Positions 46,101 to 57,400 of a stretch of 64,000 bases of DNA are shown here, piece by piece. How positions within the stretch are numbered: the first letter of the stretch is position 1; the number at the start of each line of letters is the position of its first letter. Under the pieces are notes generated by a model, which saw only the letters and a list, made by a program, of their open reading frames with translations, made no database searches and had not been told where the DNA came from. Source of the DNA: Podarcis erhardii. Its lineage: Eukaryota. The translations under genes were made by a program, and so were the position numbers. The stretch lies in assembly GCA_964252035.1 (NCBI GenBank), contig OZ176204.1; one strand, written 5' to 3'.

Positions 46101-48604
46101 CTCTGCTAAGATCTTGGAAATTTGGATTTCAAAGTAATTCCCAGCACTTCCTTTTGCATGACTCTGTTGCTCCCGGATCAATAAATAACCAGACAAGACA
46201 GTGAATGTAAATTTGGGATCAAATAGGCCACAACTTTATAGATTACAGATGTGAATGGTTTGGTTTGAAGGCACATAAAGCCACCACCATGCTTAGCAGG
46301 GTTGGGCCTGGTCAGTTCCTAGATGGGGGATTGTCCAGGAACAACATGTAGTATTGACATCAGGTATACACCTTCACTGTACTCTTTTTGGTGCCTGCTG
46401 TTTAGACAAGCCTACACAGATATGTAGAATGCTAATATGTATTTTAATCTGTTTTTATCATTGAATTTATTTATTTATTTGAATATTTTAAATAGCTGTT
46501 TTTAACTGCTTTTACATATATTTTTATTGCTTTATTTCTTTTTTAAAATAATAATAATAATAGTAGTAGTAGTAGTAGTTTTTGTAAACGACTCTGAGGT
46601 GGGGTTTTTTTGAATAGTCAAGCAGTATATAAATTTTATGCAATGAATAACTAAAATAAATAAATACGTTGCCTTGGATTCCATGATAGACAAAAGGCAG
46701 GTCACATTAGTAAGTAAGTAAGTAATAAGTAAGTAAGAAAGTAAGTAAGTAGTAAGTACATCTATATTCAATCACTCAGGCAGGTGGCTGACTTTACAGT
46801 TGTATATCCAAGGTATAAGTGTAGCTGATAGTAAATAGTTCTGTGACAAGATGAAATTCTTTGTTCTGACTGAGGCCAGGACTTGATGATCTGTTCCAGC
46901 CCTATATTTCTATGAATCTGTGATGTGCTCATCTGACTCTTCATTTTTGGCAGGCTGGGGAAAGGGGCCTGAAGTGATGTCTTTGAATTTAACTGATGGC
47001 AGTCTTTCTTTCTTTCTTCCCTGCTGCCCCCACCCATCTAGAACAAGGAAAGTTGCACACTGGAGATGGATGACTGGCAATATTCTCAGTCTTACAATGC
47101 CATCCTGGGCCCTTTTGGGGAATTACTCACTGAAGATGACCTGCTGTACTTAGAGAAGCAGATTGAGAAACTGCAGATGAAGAAGAAATGCCAGGAGTAT
47201 GAGAGTGAGCTAGGACGCCTGACAGAGGAGCTGCAGACCGTTCTTCCTGCTCCTGTCGTCAATATCACAGTCAACCGTCAGTTTCTGCAACAGGGTTCAG
47301 AGGATGGCAGCCAGGAGCTCCCTGCCTGGTGCAGTCATGTGTCTGGACTGGTAAAAAGCATGTCCATGATGCTCACCAATGTCAATGGCATGAAAAAAGC
47401 AGCTAATGAGAAGCTGGCTCTAAGGGACTCCCATAAGTCAAGCAAGACCAAGTGTATTTCAGGTGGCACTGTCAAGAGAGAAATCCTGGAGTGTGGCGTC
47501 TCTGTCAGGAATCTGAGGGGCAATTTTGAAAAGCAGGATCTTTGGAGACAAGACAAAGCTTTTGAGCAGCGAGGGTTGAATGCCATGCCCTGGGAACAAG
47601 GGACAGCCAAGGAGTCATCCCCTCAAATGTTTCTAGGTACCTGTAAAAACAAGAAGCAATTGGTTTGTGAGGAACATGAGTTTGGAGACATGGAGAACGC
47701 CAGTGATTCTGGCATCAGCTGTGAGGGAGCCTCCTCTGTGAGTGGTTCTTGCGTCTCAACAGCAGAGTCTAGCAACCTCCGAAAAGAGCGCATTGTGCTT
47801 CTTTTTCTCAGTCACTGGAAGAAATCTGCCTATACGCCTTCCTTGAAACTCATGGCCAGAAGGACTCTTGACACCCAGCTGCCTGGAAAAATGGGACTGG
47901 TAGATGTGATGGCAGAGCTCAAGAAACAGCAGCCTCCAATGCAGAAGCCCTTGGTGGAAATGAACAAGCTTGGCCATTTAGTTCAACAGAGATACACTAT
48001 CAAAAATCTGATCAGTCACTGGAAAGACATCATCTCCCTTGTACCATCTCGACAGATCAGGCGCCTCAATCACCGGCATGCAATCTACTCTCCAGAACAA
48101 TTCCTGCCATATGTCAATGGTGAGCCTATTGACTACAATAGCTTAACTCTTGACCTGTTTATGCTCGGCTATTTCCACATCCTAGAGCTGGCCCTCTCTC
48201 CAGAAGAGCGTAAGGCTAGGCATCTCCTTTGCTTCGAAGTTTTTGACCACTTGGGTGGGCATCGGTGGGAAACAGTGCGGGCCTTCCACAAAGCAGTGAT
48301 TGATGAGATTGCTGCAGGCAAAAGAAGCTGGAAAGACAGTTTTGAGGATATTAAGAAACAATTTTTTGGTAATAACAAGGACCCAGCTGTGAACATGGAA
48401 ATCAAAACATCACCAGTGGAAACAAATCTGAAACCAGTACCCAAAACAAGGGTCCCAAACATCTCTCTGGAGGAGGGAGACTCTGCCCCTGGAAAATGCT
48501 TTGAACTAGACACCTTTAGCAATGATGAGATCTGCAGGTATATAAACAGGAGTTTTGCTTTCTGGAAAGAAAAAGAAGCAGAGATCTTTAGCTTAGAGGG
48601 ATGA
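26725..48604 (+). CDS. ESPNL: Espin-like protein, full gene: join(26725-27018,29340-29530,34025-34211,35197-35379,36019-36150,43774-43867,45142-45257,45758-45955,47042-48604), 2958 nt, 985 aa
   Basis: N-terminal ankyrin repeats ([36 protein letters not shown]), espin-family [14 protein letters not shown] and [14 protein letters not shown]-terminal [15 protein letters not shown]. Lies between SCLY and KLHL30, as in human. Confidence 0.95.
27394..27430. repeat. (ATT)n microsatellite
   Basis: About 12 units. Confidence 0.95.
28405..28614 (-). mobile_element. tRNA-derived SINE (Squam3-like)
   Basis: Reverse complement starts agagccaatgtagcatagtggttagagtgttgg...gggttcaaatcccc. Confidence 0.75.
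28945..29045 (-). mobile_element. tRNA-Ala-derived SINE fragment (another at ~30935-31095)
   Basis: gggattgaacctgggaccttttgcatg is the reverse complement of the SINE head. Confidence 0.6.
29340..29530 (+). CDS. ESPNL: ESPNL coding exon 2 ([18 protein letters not shown]...)
   Basis: tag|GAG ... AG|gtaggt; 191 bp. Confidence 0.95.
31902..32213 (+). mobile_element. Old TAGGGATG-terminated non-autonomous DNA element (other copies 37984-38597, 58741-59170, ~62545-62802)
   Basis: Shared internal blocks (aaatgtgtagataggcaaaat, gctgatgaatttccac, gaaactgaaattgac) across copies; tagggatgg / ccatcccta-like termini. Confidence 0.6.
33028..33255 (-). mobile_element. tRNA-derived SINE (Squam3-like), degenerate
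   Basis: cccaaagtcacctggtgagtttcatg...gaacctgggtctcc. Confidence 0.6.
34025..34211 (+). CDS. ESPNL: ESPNL coding exon 3 ([21 protein letters not shown]...)
   Basis: cag|T ... CTG|gtaaac; 187 bp. Confidence 0.95.
34400..34670 (-). mobile_element. L1-like LINE 3' fragment
   Basis: A-rich + strand run followed by gacttctgattctc...aaccagtctgtcttcc, resembling squamate L1 3' ends. Confidence 0.45.
35197..35379 (+). CDS. ESPNL: ESPNL coding exon 4 (VTFTD...[14 protein letters not shown])
   Basis: tag|GTT ... GAG|gtattt; 183 bp. Confidence 0.95.
36019..36150 (+). CDS. ESPNL: ESPNL coding exon 5 (CCQTL...DLAEYNGH...AEKL)
   Basis: cag|TGC ... CTG|gtaatc; 132 bp. Confidence 0.95.
38087..38396. mobile_element. 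Tigger-like MITE carrying a BovB-tail SINE fragment (38197-38270), itself inside an older DNA element
   Basis: TA|cagtggtacctc ... gaggtaccactg|TA; insert ccatggggtcacgaagagtcggacatgactaaacgactaaacaacaaca flanked by TSD aagaac. Confidence 0.88.
40028..40109. repeat. Compound (CT)n-(GT)n microsatellite
   Basis: About 60 bp of CT repeat with a gctctcgcgc interruption, then (GT)11. Confidence 0.95.
41257..41492 (+). mobile_element. tRNA-derived SINE (Squam3-like) with (TAA)n tail
   Basis: A-box tggtgtagtggttaga, B-box gggttcaaatcc, gggtgaccttgggc core. Confidence 0.85.
41678..42241 (+). mobile_element. 5'-truncated L1 LINE (ORF2 C-terminus + 3'UTR + A-tail)
   Basis: [25 protein letters not shown]...[10 protein letters not shown]; aataaa and A-tail; 21-bp TSD taaaacaga(t/c)ccccatacata at 41657-41677 and 42242-42262. 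Confidence 0.85.
42977..43290 (-). mobile_element. 5'-truncated L1-type retroposed insertion (3'UTR)
   Basis: Poly-T at the left end; perfect 16-bp TSD tgttctgccaactttg at 42961-42976 and 43291-43306. Confidence 0.8.
43774..43867 (+). CDS. ESPNL: ESPNL coding exon 6 (IQQPMRP...ALHRAP), poorly conserved linker
   Basis: tttttag|ATC ... CTG|gtgagt; 94 bp, open; phase 0 to 1 bridges exon 5 and exon 7. Called on splice signals and phase, not on homology. Confidence 0.7.
45142..45257 (+). CDS. ESPNL: ESPNL coding exon 7 ([28 protein letters not shown]...)
   Basis: ttccag|CT ... TCT|gtatgt; 116 bp; resembles the espin WH2 region. Confidence 0.85.
45758..45955 (+). CDS. ESPNL: ESPNL coding exon 8 ([27 protein letters not shown])
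   Basis: cag|GGT ... AAG|gtactg; 198 bp. Confidence 0.93.
46709..46756. repeat. (TAAG)n imperfect microsatellite
   Basis: agtaagtaagtaagtaataagtaagtaag... Confidence 0.85.
47042..48604 (+). CDS. ESPNL: ESPNL last coding exon (520 aa plus stop)
   Basis: ctag|AAC in frame with ORF 47066-48604; TGA at 48602-48604. Confidence 0.95.
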   Translation, partial: NKESCTLEMDDWQYSQSYNAILGPFGELLTEDDLLYLEKQIEKLQMKKKCQEYESELGRLTEELQTVLPAPVVNITVNRQFLQQGSEDGSQELPAWCSHVSGLVKSMSMMLTNVNGMKKAANEKLALRDSHKSSKTKCISGGTVKREILECGVSVRNLRGNFEKQDLWRQDKAFEQRGLNAMPWEQGTAKESSPQMFLGTCKNKKQLVCEEHEFGDMENASDSGISCEGASSVSGSCVSTAESSNLRKERIVLLFLSHWKKSAYTPSLKLMARRTLDTQLPGKMGLVDVMAELKKQQPPMQKPLVEMNKLGHLVQQRYTIKNLISHWKDIISLVPSRQIRRLNHRHAIYSPEQFLPYVNGEPIDYNSLTLDLFMLGYFHILELALSPEERKARHLLCFEVFDHLGGHRWETVRAFHKAVIDEIAAGKRSWKDSFEDIKKQFFGNNKDPAVNMEIKTSPVETNLKPVPKTRVPNISLEEGDSAPGKCFELDTFSNDEICRYINRSFAFWKEKEAEIFSLEG

Positions 48605-49462
48605 GGATCTTTACATTAACAGTCTTCATTTGTGAATAGGTGTCTATAAGATTCAGAGTGCACAGAGTGGCCTGTCAGCACTATGACATGGAATAGACAG
48701 ACATTGACTGTTCATTTTGCAAATGGCTACAAATGCCTGCAAGATTAATTTGCAAAGGGGTAAACGACGAGTGATACAGATGAAGGGTCAAGTCTTCACT
48801 TCTTCTCCGTTGCTTCTTCCCTTTAAAAAAAGGAACAAGAAATGTCAGTGCTTCATTACATATGGCTTCCCTTGACACAAGCACCCTGAAAAGGGCAAAA
48901 AGACTATGCCCACTCTGATGTCAAGTTTAAAAAATAAATAAACAGAAGGAGAACTGAAAGAAAAAAGAGTGAAAAGCTTTCCTCCCACCAGAGCATTGCT
49001 GACAGGGCTTAGGAAGTGATGGGTTCTCTGCCATGAAATATTCACCTTGGGATTGCTTAGTTTGTATTCAGTGTGTCTTTGTAAGAGTTCAAAAAGAGAT
49101 AATGAGTTTTCCAGACATTTCCATTATATCTATATTTATAAGTTACAAACAGTGTATCAGCAAAATGATCCAACCTGGGAAGGCCCCCAAGACTGTTTCT
49201 TTCACTGTTTCTCTTTTCATATCTTCAGAGGACTGACCAGAGATATCAACTGTTGTTATCCACTTTTGGCATGTATTTGAGTCTCTTTGGCATCCACTGC
49301 AATTAATCATTTACTGCTGAACCTGAAATGCACAGGTCTCATGTTCTACTACTTGCTTACTAGGCTTCATGGACTTAAAACACCTGAATGGATGTCCAAG
49401 TATAAATAATTTCATTTTGTAACTGTACATACATTTTCTATTTTAAATTAGATTGCGTGTTT

Positions 49463-49468
49463 AATAAA
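49463..49468 (+). terminator. Probable ESPNL polyadenylation signal AATAAA
   Basis: AATAAA about 860 nt after the stop, in AT-rich context with GT-rich sequence downstream. Confidence 0.45.
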
Positions 49469-51315
49469 AACATTTCTCTCAGTAGAAACAAAAGGTACTT
49501 CCATCAAATTATTACTTAGAGAAATCACTAGGTTGTGTGTGTTCTTAAAAAAACGATCAGAAATAATGCAGGTTTTTTTTTTTTTTACTTGAGAATCTCC
49601 ATCTAGAAACACAAAACTAGTGTCCGTTTCTTACAGAAGGAAATACAATGGGCTTGTTTAGGGACTGCATGAAACCACTCATAATATACATTCAATAATG
49701 ATGGCAATGAGGTATTGCCTGCCCTTCACTCTTAAGGCCCCAGGGCAGGTTAGAACAATTTAAAATACAACACTAGAAATTGTTTTACAATGTACAATTT
49801 AAAATTTAAAATTATGAAATGTAGGGAACAAAATTTCTGTGCTTATCACTGCAGTAACAGTTGCTAAGGAAGAGACTGCTAAGGAAGAGATGGATCCAGT
49901 GCGCTGGGAATGGGCAAATAGAAGAGATCTTGGGTGCACAAAGCATCAGTCAGGCTGAGTCACCACGGAACCTCCATACATTTCCTTTTGCTTTCCCATT
50001 GCCACAGTCAGACCCTTAATTTATGGCGTGATGTGGGACAGTAAAAGTAGCTCACTCTTTACTGTAGGTGGAAATGCTACCCTCTGTGACTGTTGCCCTG
50101 GTTTATTTGTGGACATTCTTGGGAAAGCAGCAGGGCACTACATAGGCAACCCACTGCAAGCTCTAGAATAAGCTCACTGGACTATATTTAGCAGCCAACA
50201 GTGTGATTGGCAGAAAGGTTTACAGAATGAGAGTGAGTGCTTGAATCATCGTCACTGAATAAATGCGGGGATGAGGGACCTTTCTTTACATTGCTATCCT
50301 TTTGTACAGTTTCTAATTAAATAACAGGGCATGTGTTGAATCTATTTCTGGCAGTCCATGGCTCATAAGCTACCCCTCCGCTCCTCCTGAATTTTGCACT
50401 TTAGACTATTAGTTCAAAAAGGCATACATCTATAGTGCATTGGTCAGAACCATCGCACATTCTCAAGTGCTTTTGCATTTCTCCCAGCCTGCCAAACAGG
50501 GGTGTGTGAATGTGTGAATGGCTTCACCCCACACTGGCTCTGGCCTCTCTTACTGGAATGCAGGCCCTTTCAGGGGTCCAGGGAGGCCCAAATCACTTCC
50601 AGATTTTGATGCCTGTAGCAGCAGCAACGGCAGCGATGAAGACAGCAACACATGACAACAAACGAAAACAATATAAGGCACGAAAAAGAGTGAGTGGTTT
50701 ATATAATCATACATTTTGAAAGGGCATGTTTGTAACCCAACCTTGTGCCATCTAAACCAATATATTTTTTCTTTTCTTTTCTTTTGACATTCTTAACTCT
50801 TAACTATGACTATGTATCCGCTAACAAAAGAATTATATCTTTTGCAAAACTGAATCTCCTGTTTGCTTTAATTTGCAGCTTTAAGTGAGGCAGTGTGTCA
50901 CATTTTGATCCAATGCACACAAAAACAAGTTGTGAAACTTACCAGATGCCAAAAGAACCCCAGCAAGTGTCTAAATCTGAGGTCCCTTTGAACATGAGGC
51001 CCAAGCCCAGTGCCCCCCCCTGCCCCAATTGGCTCTGGGGGCATGCATCTCTTACCCACTGCTGCTGCTGGCCTCAGAGATAAAAAGATTGCCCCCAGCC
51101 CCCCCAGTCTGATTAGCTAACACGTGTCTGTCTCAGCCTACCCCCAACAACTAACTATGGTTGTCTGAGGCCATGGTTTTAAGTTGGTTTAGCTCCTTTT
51201 AACAGTGGTTTGCTGTTACACCTAAATCCAGTATCCTGGCTTAATCCTAATTTGCTGAGTCATTCCATCCCTGCTGCCCACCTGGCTACAGGGGCACAAG
51301 TAATGCCCCTGCTGG

Positions 51316-51473
51316 CAGTGGCGTAGCGTGGGTTGTCAGCACCCGGGGCAAGGCAAGTAATTTGCGCCCCCTAACCCGTGGATTTGCGCCCCCTAACCCG
51401 TGGATTTGCCCTAACCCCAGATGTTGCGCCCGGTGCGGCCGGCCCCCCCTGCACCCCCCACGCTACGCCACTG
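51316..51473. mobile_element. Young GC-rich hAT MITE, 158 bp
   Basis: Perfect 17-bp TIR cagtggcgtagcgtggg / cccacgctacgccactg; perfect 8-bp TSD cctgctgg. Confidence 0.93.
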
Positions 51474-52739
51474 CCTGCTGGTCCTTTCTGGTCCCTCCAG
51501 AACAAGCTCCTTTTTTCCACCCACTTCCTCTTCACTGACAATGGCTGCGTCCACATGTCGTTTTATGTTAGAATCAATGGAGACTGGGTACTTGTTTTTT
51601 CTGTGGAATCAACACACAATGTAGATCTGTTGCATACTTTTTGCACCTGAAATGCACTTCTTGAGAAACTGATTTCATTCTGAAAATAAAAACTCGTTGC
51701 AGATTGATTCTGCATTATCCCCGCACCGTGCCTATTTGAAAACAGATGTAAGTGCACAATCTCTTGAGCAGCTTCATATCTGCTTCCAATGGGCACATGA
51801 CATGCTTTCCTTCCAATGCCCTCGTCTTATCTCTTCGTTGGTGTGTTGCTTTAAGAGCAGGTGGCCTGGAGAGAATAACTGTCAACACACTTCCCAGCCC
51901 TCTCTGGCTGTAAGCCTCAGTCTAAATATATATATACATACAGAGAAACAAGCATTGGTTGCCTCCAGCCTACAACGGCCTTAAAAAAACACACCACCCA
52001 AACCAACTCAGGGTAACTGCCTCCTCCCAGGGTCAAGGCAAGCCATTCCCCAAGCATTATTCGAGCTCTGACTGTCTGGCTGGATGTAAGAGAAGTTAAC
52101 AAGGTAAGAACCGGAGGCCAGACGGTTTTGATTTCTGGCAGGGCTGAATGGGACAACATGAGATGAGAGGGAACAAGCAAACTGGATTTGGGAAGGTGGA
52201 ACTGTCAACTCAAAAATAGTGTACAGGCCATTAACATGAAGCACGAGGAGCTGCCTCAGTTATAAGCCATTATCTGCTAGGAAGCTAAGTATCAAACTTT
52301 TGCAGAGATCAAATACCAAGAAGTTCTTATCAATGCAGCACTGCTGAACAGCAAGCTACTGAGAGGCAAGTTTCCTGGATATCGGGAAGGAAAGGGGGTC
52401 AATATAACCACTAACTAAAATGAGAATATAACCACTAATATTATTACTGGGGATTTTATTATCGGTAGTGTTTTGCTACTTAATATGGCATAAGTCTGAT
52501 ATTCAATTACTTTCTAGGTCAGCACTGAGGACCTGGTAGAGTAGATTGGGAAGGCAGGAACAAATTTCCCCCACCAAATTTCATTGCTTATGAACTACAA
52601 ACTGTTCCTTTATTAAGAATGACAACTGGAGTAAGACTGCTTACGATACTGTTTTGTCTCCACACATCATATATGGGACTGTGTGTGTCATGTTTCTGTG
52701 GAAGCTCATAAAAGCACCGAATTTGTTATTAGGGTCATA

Positions 52740-52908
52740 GGGGAAGGAAGCTTGATAGCAGAGCAATTGCTTTGCGTACAAAATGCCACAGGTTCAATGC
52801 CTGGCATGTCCAGGTAGGGCTGGGAAATCAGGAACCCTGGAGAATTGCTGCCAGCCCGTGTACACAATACTGAGCCAGATAGGCCCCATGGTAGAAGGCA
52901 GTTTCCTA
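52740..52908 (+). mobile_element. tRNA-Ala-derived SINE (Squam2-like), degenerate
   Basis: ggttcaatgcctggcatgtccaggtagggctggga...aatactgagcc. Confidence 0.7.
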
Positions 52909-53722
52909 GAAACAGAATTCAGCAGCCTTCTGGTAACTTTAGTTTTCATTAACACAACAGCCCACCATCACAATGAAGATGGGAATGAAAGTGTTTGGGC
53001 AAGGCTGGTAAAGCCTTAGATGCCATAGTGGGCTCCTGGAGGGGCTTTTGGTGGCCTTCCTTCCTCATAACTAGAAAAAGCAGGATAAATTATGCAAACT
53101 AATTTACAGAAACAAAGGTAGCTGTATTGGTCGGTAAGTACCTTTATTGGGAAGAACAAAAAAGTCACAAAAATGTGGCAAGCTTTCAATTACTCAGAAT
53201 GCTTCATGAAGCAAGATGCAGCTTTCTCTGTTTTTGAGAACACCATTTAAGAAAGTGGAGTTTCAGAACAGAGAGATTTGAATAAGGTCCGTAGCTCATT
53301 CCTCGTTCTATGCAAGGAAAATGGACAAGTACTTTTGAGAGTCTGAAAGCTTTCAGGGGTGGGGGACATCAGTATAGATTTTTCCTTTGTTATCCCTGCA
53401 AGTTCCTTGTAGATACTTTGATCAGGACACACACATATGGCACTGTCATATTCAGTTGTTTGGGGGTACGGGGTTATATGCCTAGTGTTATTATTTGGAC
53501 ATACCAGGTCATAACAGTTTGCGCTTCCTTTCAAGGAGTTCCATTGATCCAAAAATGTCACTATGGAGATTTCACTTCAAGTCATGGTTGATGAAAAATA
53601 TTTCCCATTTGAAGCACAAAACTTATTTGCTTCTTCTTTGCTTTCTGATTAGGACTAGGAAAAGTTTCTGTTCCATTGAAGTCATCTAAGGCCATTTCCC
53701 ACGACAGGAGTGGAGCACCAGC

Positions 53723-54496
53723 ATGGTGAGGAACATCGATGACTTCGATTTTTGCCTTCCATCCCACCCCCAGTCTATTCTGGAAGGACTTCAGACCCTT
53801 CGCTCCAATCCAAAACTCTCAGATGTCACCTTGATAGTTGAGGGACATGAATTCCCCTGCCACCGCAGTATCCTGGCCCTCTGCAGCCACTATTTCAATG
53901 CCATGTTTGCTGGTGACTTCTTGGAAAGCATTTCAGCTCGTGTAGAGATCAAAGAGGTGGATCCAGCCATTATGGAGACCTTGATTGACTTTGCTTACAC
54001 AGGGAAGGTGACCATCAACCAAGGGAATGTGGAAGCCTTAATTCGGACATCCAACCAACTCCACTTCCCCGTCCTCCGGAAAGTCTGCAGTCGGTACCTG
54101 AGGCAGCAGATGGATGCGACCAACTGTTTGGGCATTTGTGAATTTGGGGAGCTGCATGGCTGCCCAGAAGTGTCATCCAAGGCCTGGTCATTTCTGCAGG
54201 AGAATTTTGAACTTGTGTCTCAACAAGAGGAGTTCCTGCAGCTCTCCAAAGAGAGGCTGGTTATCTACCTGTCCAACAACTTGCTCCAAGTACAAGAAGA
54301 GCAGAGTCTAGTTGAGGCTGTGCTGAGGTGGGTGAAGTATGAAAAGTCTGCGAGAGCCATGCACCTTCCAGAACTCCTTGATCTAGTGCATCTGGTTTCA
54401 TTGCCAGATCAGTACCTGCAGAACCTCTTGTCATCAGAACCACTGATTCAAGAATCGGAGGCTTGCAAGACCATCATCACTAGACATCGTAGCACG
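53723..54496 (+). CDS. KLHL30: KLHL30 first coding exon (BTB + BACK; exon starts 53708)
   Basis: cag|GAG acceptor at 53707/53708; ACG|gtcagt donor; 774 bp of CDS. Confidence 0.95.
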
Positions 54497-57400
54497 GTCA
54501 GTTCTTGGAGGCACCACAGTACCCTGATTAAGCTCCAGTTTCAGCCCCAAAGCTAGAAAAGGGGTGCTGTGATCCAATAGCTATAGGTGTCCTTAACTGC
54601 AGTGCCTAGAATCTGTTCATCTTGGTATGCCAACTTCTTGTTTGAGATAAGTTTTCATTTCTTAATTAGCCTATGAACTGTCACCTTTGATTGGCAGTGG
54701 AAGAGTTCCTGACCTTTCCCCACTAGTTCCCCTCTTTCTTCTCCTCTCCCCGCCTGCCCATCCATCACTAAGTCCATTGACTCAGGAGGAGCAAGGGTGT
54801 ATGTGCATGCAGTTTTCCTAGAGATGCCACTGTGAGGAGCAATGACTGACTTCTTGGTGTACGTGGATTATGGTTATGTCTTTCCCAAAGACAGTTATAA
54901 TTGGATAATTACCAAAAAGGATAGTTTATTTAGATGAGCCTATCTGAATTAACGAGGGAATATGTGCCCCAAAGCCTGAATTTAAAGTGATCACAATTCC
55001 TGAGAAACACACTTTGTTCTAGCGCTTATATTTTAAGAAGGTTTAAAGTATGGTCCAAGTGTTCCTAAATCAGTGCATCCAAATTAGTCTAAACAACAGT
55101 GGGAAGTGGCAACAACCATCTGTGAGGAAAGCAGCTAGAAGTCCTTGCCATGGTCTAGCATTTGCAGTGAAGTATCCCAGAGTTTTATTTGGGAATTTTG
55201 CTTTACTGAATTACATCATACAAGGTCATTGTATAAAGTGTTGGAGAAAGGGGAGAGGTGTTGGGCTTCCAGAATCATTGGGGTTTTTTTTCCTTGTCTC
55301 AGTTGGAGAACAAGCCATTTGTCCAGCAGAGACTGAAGGCCCTTCCACAAAAGCTTGAGGAGGTTCTAGTGGTGGTGGGAGGCAGAGCTCTGGAAGAGAA
55401 TGAAGAAGATGAACAGCAACCACTAATCTCCAGGAATTTTGCCTTTTATAACACCAAGACTAGTAAGTATCTGTCCCCAAACAATGCCAGAACTGCACAC
55501 TCCAGCTCAGAGCATCTTTGCGACAGGGAGCAACTAGGCTCACGGTGCTAGGCACTGCAAGGGATGGCAACAACTGAACGGGTGTAGCGTTTAGAGGTAG
55601 GGGAAATAAAGTCTTCACCTTGGTACCTGTTGCTATCATCTTTATGAGTTGGCCTTTACAGGGTGGATCATGTTTGATGGTGCCACTCTGTAGTGTTTTG
55701 AGGAAATGCATGTTTCCAGACCCTTGGTGGTGGGTGGATGGAAAAGATGAGACCTGAATCCCTCAGAAACAAGACAGAGAACCAATTATGGCAGAATAAC
55801 CAGAATATGAATACAGAGGGCCTAGTATACTACAGCTCCCATCAACCCCAGCAAGCACAACCAATGGTCAGGGGTGATGGAACCAGTATTGCAACAAAAT
55901 CCAGAGGTCCTGCCAGTTATCTCATTGATTTTGTGTACACTCAGTCAGGTTGTTTTAGCTCTTAGCAAGCAGTTTGGTAGAATATTACACGTGCTGTTGT
56001 CTTTCTATCACAGCCCCCCCCCCCAAAAAAAACCCCACAATGAGCTGGAAGTTTAACTTCATTTGCTCCTTTCGCTTTCTCTTCCTTTACGGAATTCCTC
56101 TGGAATCAACAATAAAACCTCTCACCCTTCCTCCACAGAGTGGTTCCACTCTTTTATTGTTACTTATTTATCTGGTGATTATCCACTTCTTAGATTTGCC
56201 TTTATCTATTTGCTGTTAAGTGAAAAAGTTTGAAAAATATAGGTATATAAACATTTAACATTTAGACTTGCCAACTCAAAACACCTAACATTATCCAAAC
56301 CCACTTTCTGTAGCAGAAACACTGGTGAGGGCAGAAGCAACCATGCCTTGGACTTCGACCTAGAATAATGCAGGCACCGACAAACAAGGATTTCAGTATG
56401 ATGTAATGCTCTGTGCTCTTTTGGCGTTGGTGACTGCTGAGCAGCTGCATTCATCTCAGGCCAATGTTGACGTTGGAAGCTGTCGGGCAGGCCTGCAATT
56501 GCAGTGCATTGGGTAGAAAAACTAATTTGGAGAAGAGGACCTTTCTCATCGTTGGCATTATCTACGCAATATGATGCAATCGGAATGTATTCTGATAACA
56601 CTGTGAACAATGAAGCAGATAATGTCCATAGATAATTACCTTCAAACACACGTAGGTTTGAATAGAACTGTTTCAATATGGAAAAGTTCCATGGAAAAGA
56701 AGTGCATTTGGTCTAATCATATCACTGTCATGGGTCATGGTCTTGATTTAAGGTAGTACTATGGAGTGATGGAACTCATAGGGGGCAAAGTCTCTTCACC
56801 CGAGAGTAGTAAAGAGTCTCAGAAAAACTAGAGCGCTTACTGGTTATACTGGTTACCTGGTTATAACACTTTGAGGGCCACTTACATATTTGGTTCTATT
56901 ATTTCAGAAAGATGGAACGCTCTACCTGATTTTCCAGACTACAATAAATGGGGTTTTTCTGTGATTGCTCTAAATAATGATGTTTATGTCACAGGTAAGG
57001 ATAGTGCTCTCTCCAAGTCTATGTTGTTACTAAGCCTTTGAACCTTTTTGGTGTGTTCCCATACTAAGACATTCTGCTGAGATCTTTGGAGGATGGATTT
57101 GGTTGTTTGGGGTGTGTTCTGGTCTAAAACAGATAATTTAAATCAGGGCAGCCAGATTGCATAGTTATCTAATAAAATGTAAACTGAACCACAATCCACC
57201 ATTTTGAGTCATATTTTGCTCACTAATTCCACAAGATTTTCAAGAGAACCAGAACTCCTAGCAAAAATATCATGAGAGTGTTAAGCCGTAATAAACTATT
57301 AAGCCGTAATATTGAAGTGCTTTAAACTGGTACAAAAGTGGGTACTAGGACTCTGTGTGAGTATGATTGCTATTTCTGTTTTCAGGTGGCTCCAGAGGAT

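Noticed and set aside
48602-48620. Selenocysteine or readthrough at the TGA stops of ESPNL and KLHL30, given the neighbouring SCLY
   Set aside because: Proteins are complete at these stops; no UGA-CUAG context and no SECIS recognised
49862-57311. Short direct repeats (49862-49890, 52401-52438, 57281-57311, also 44115-44140) resembling CRISPR or operator arrays
   Set aside because: Only two copies each, 12-14 bp, unrelated to each other; ordinary slippage duplications in a eukaryotic genome
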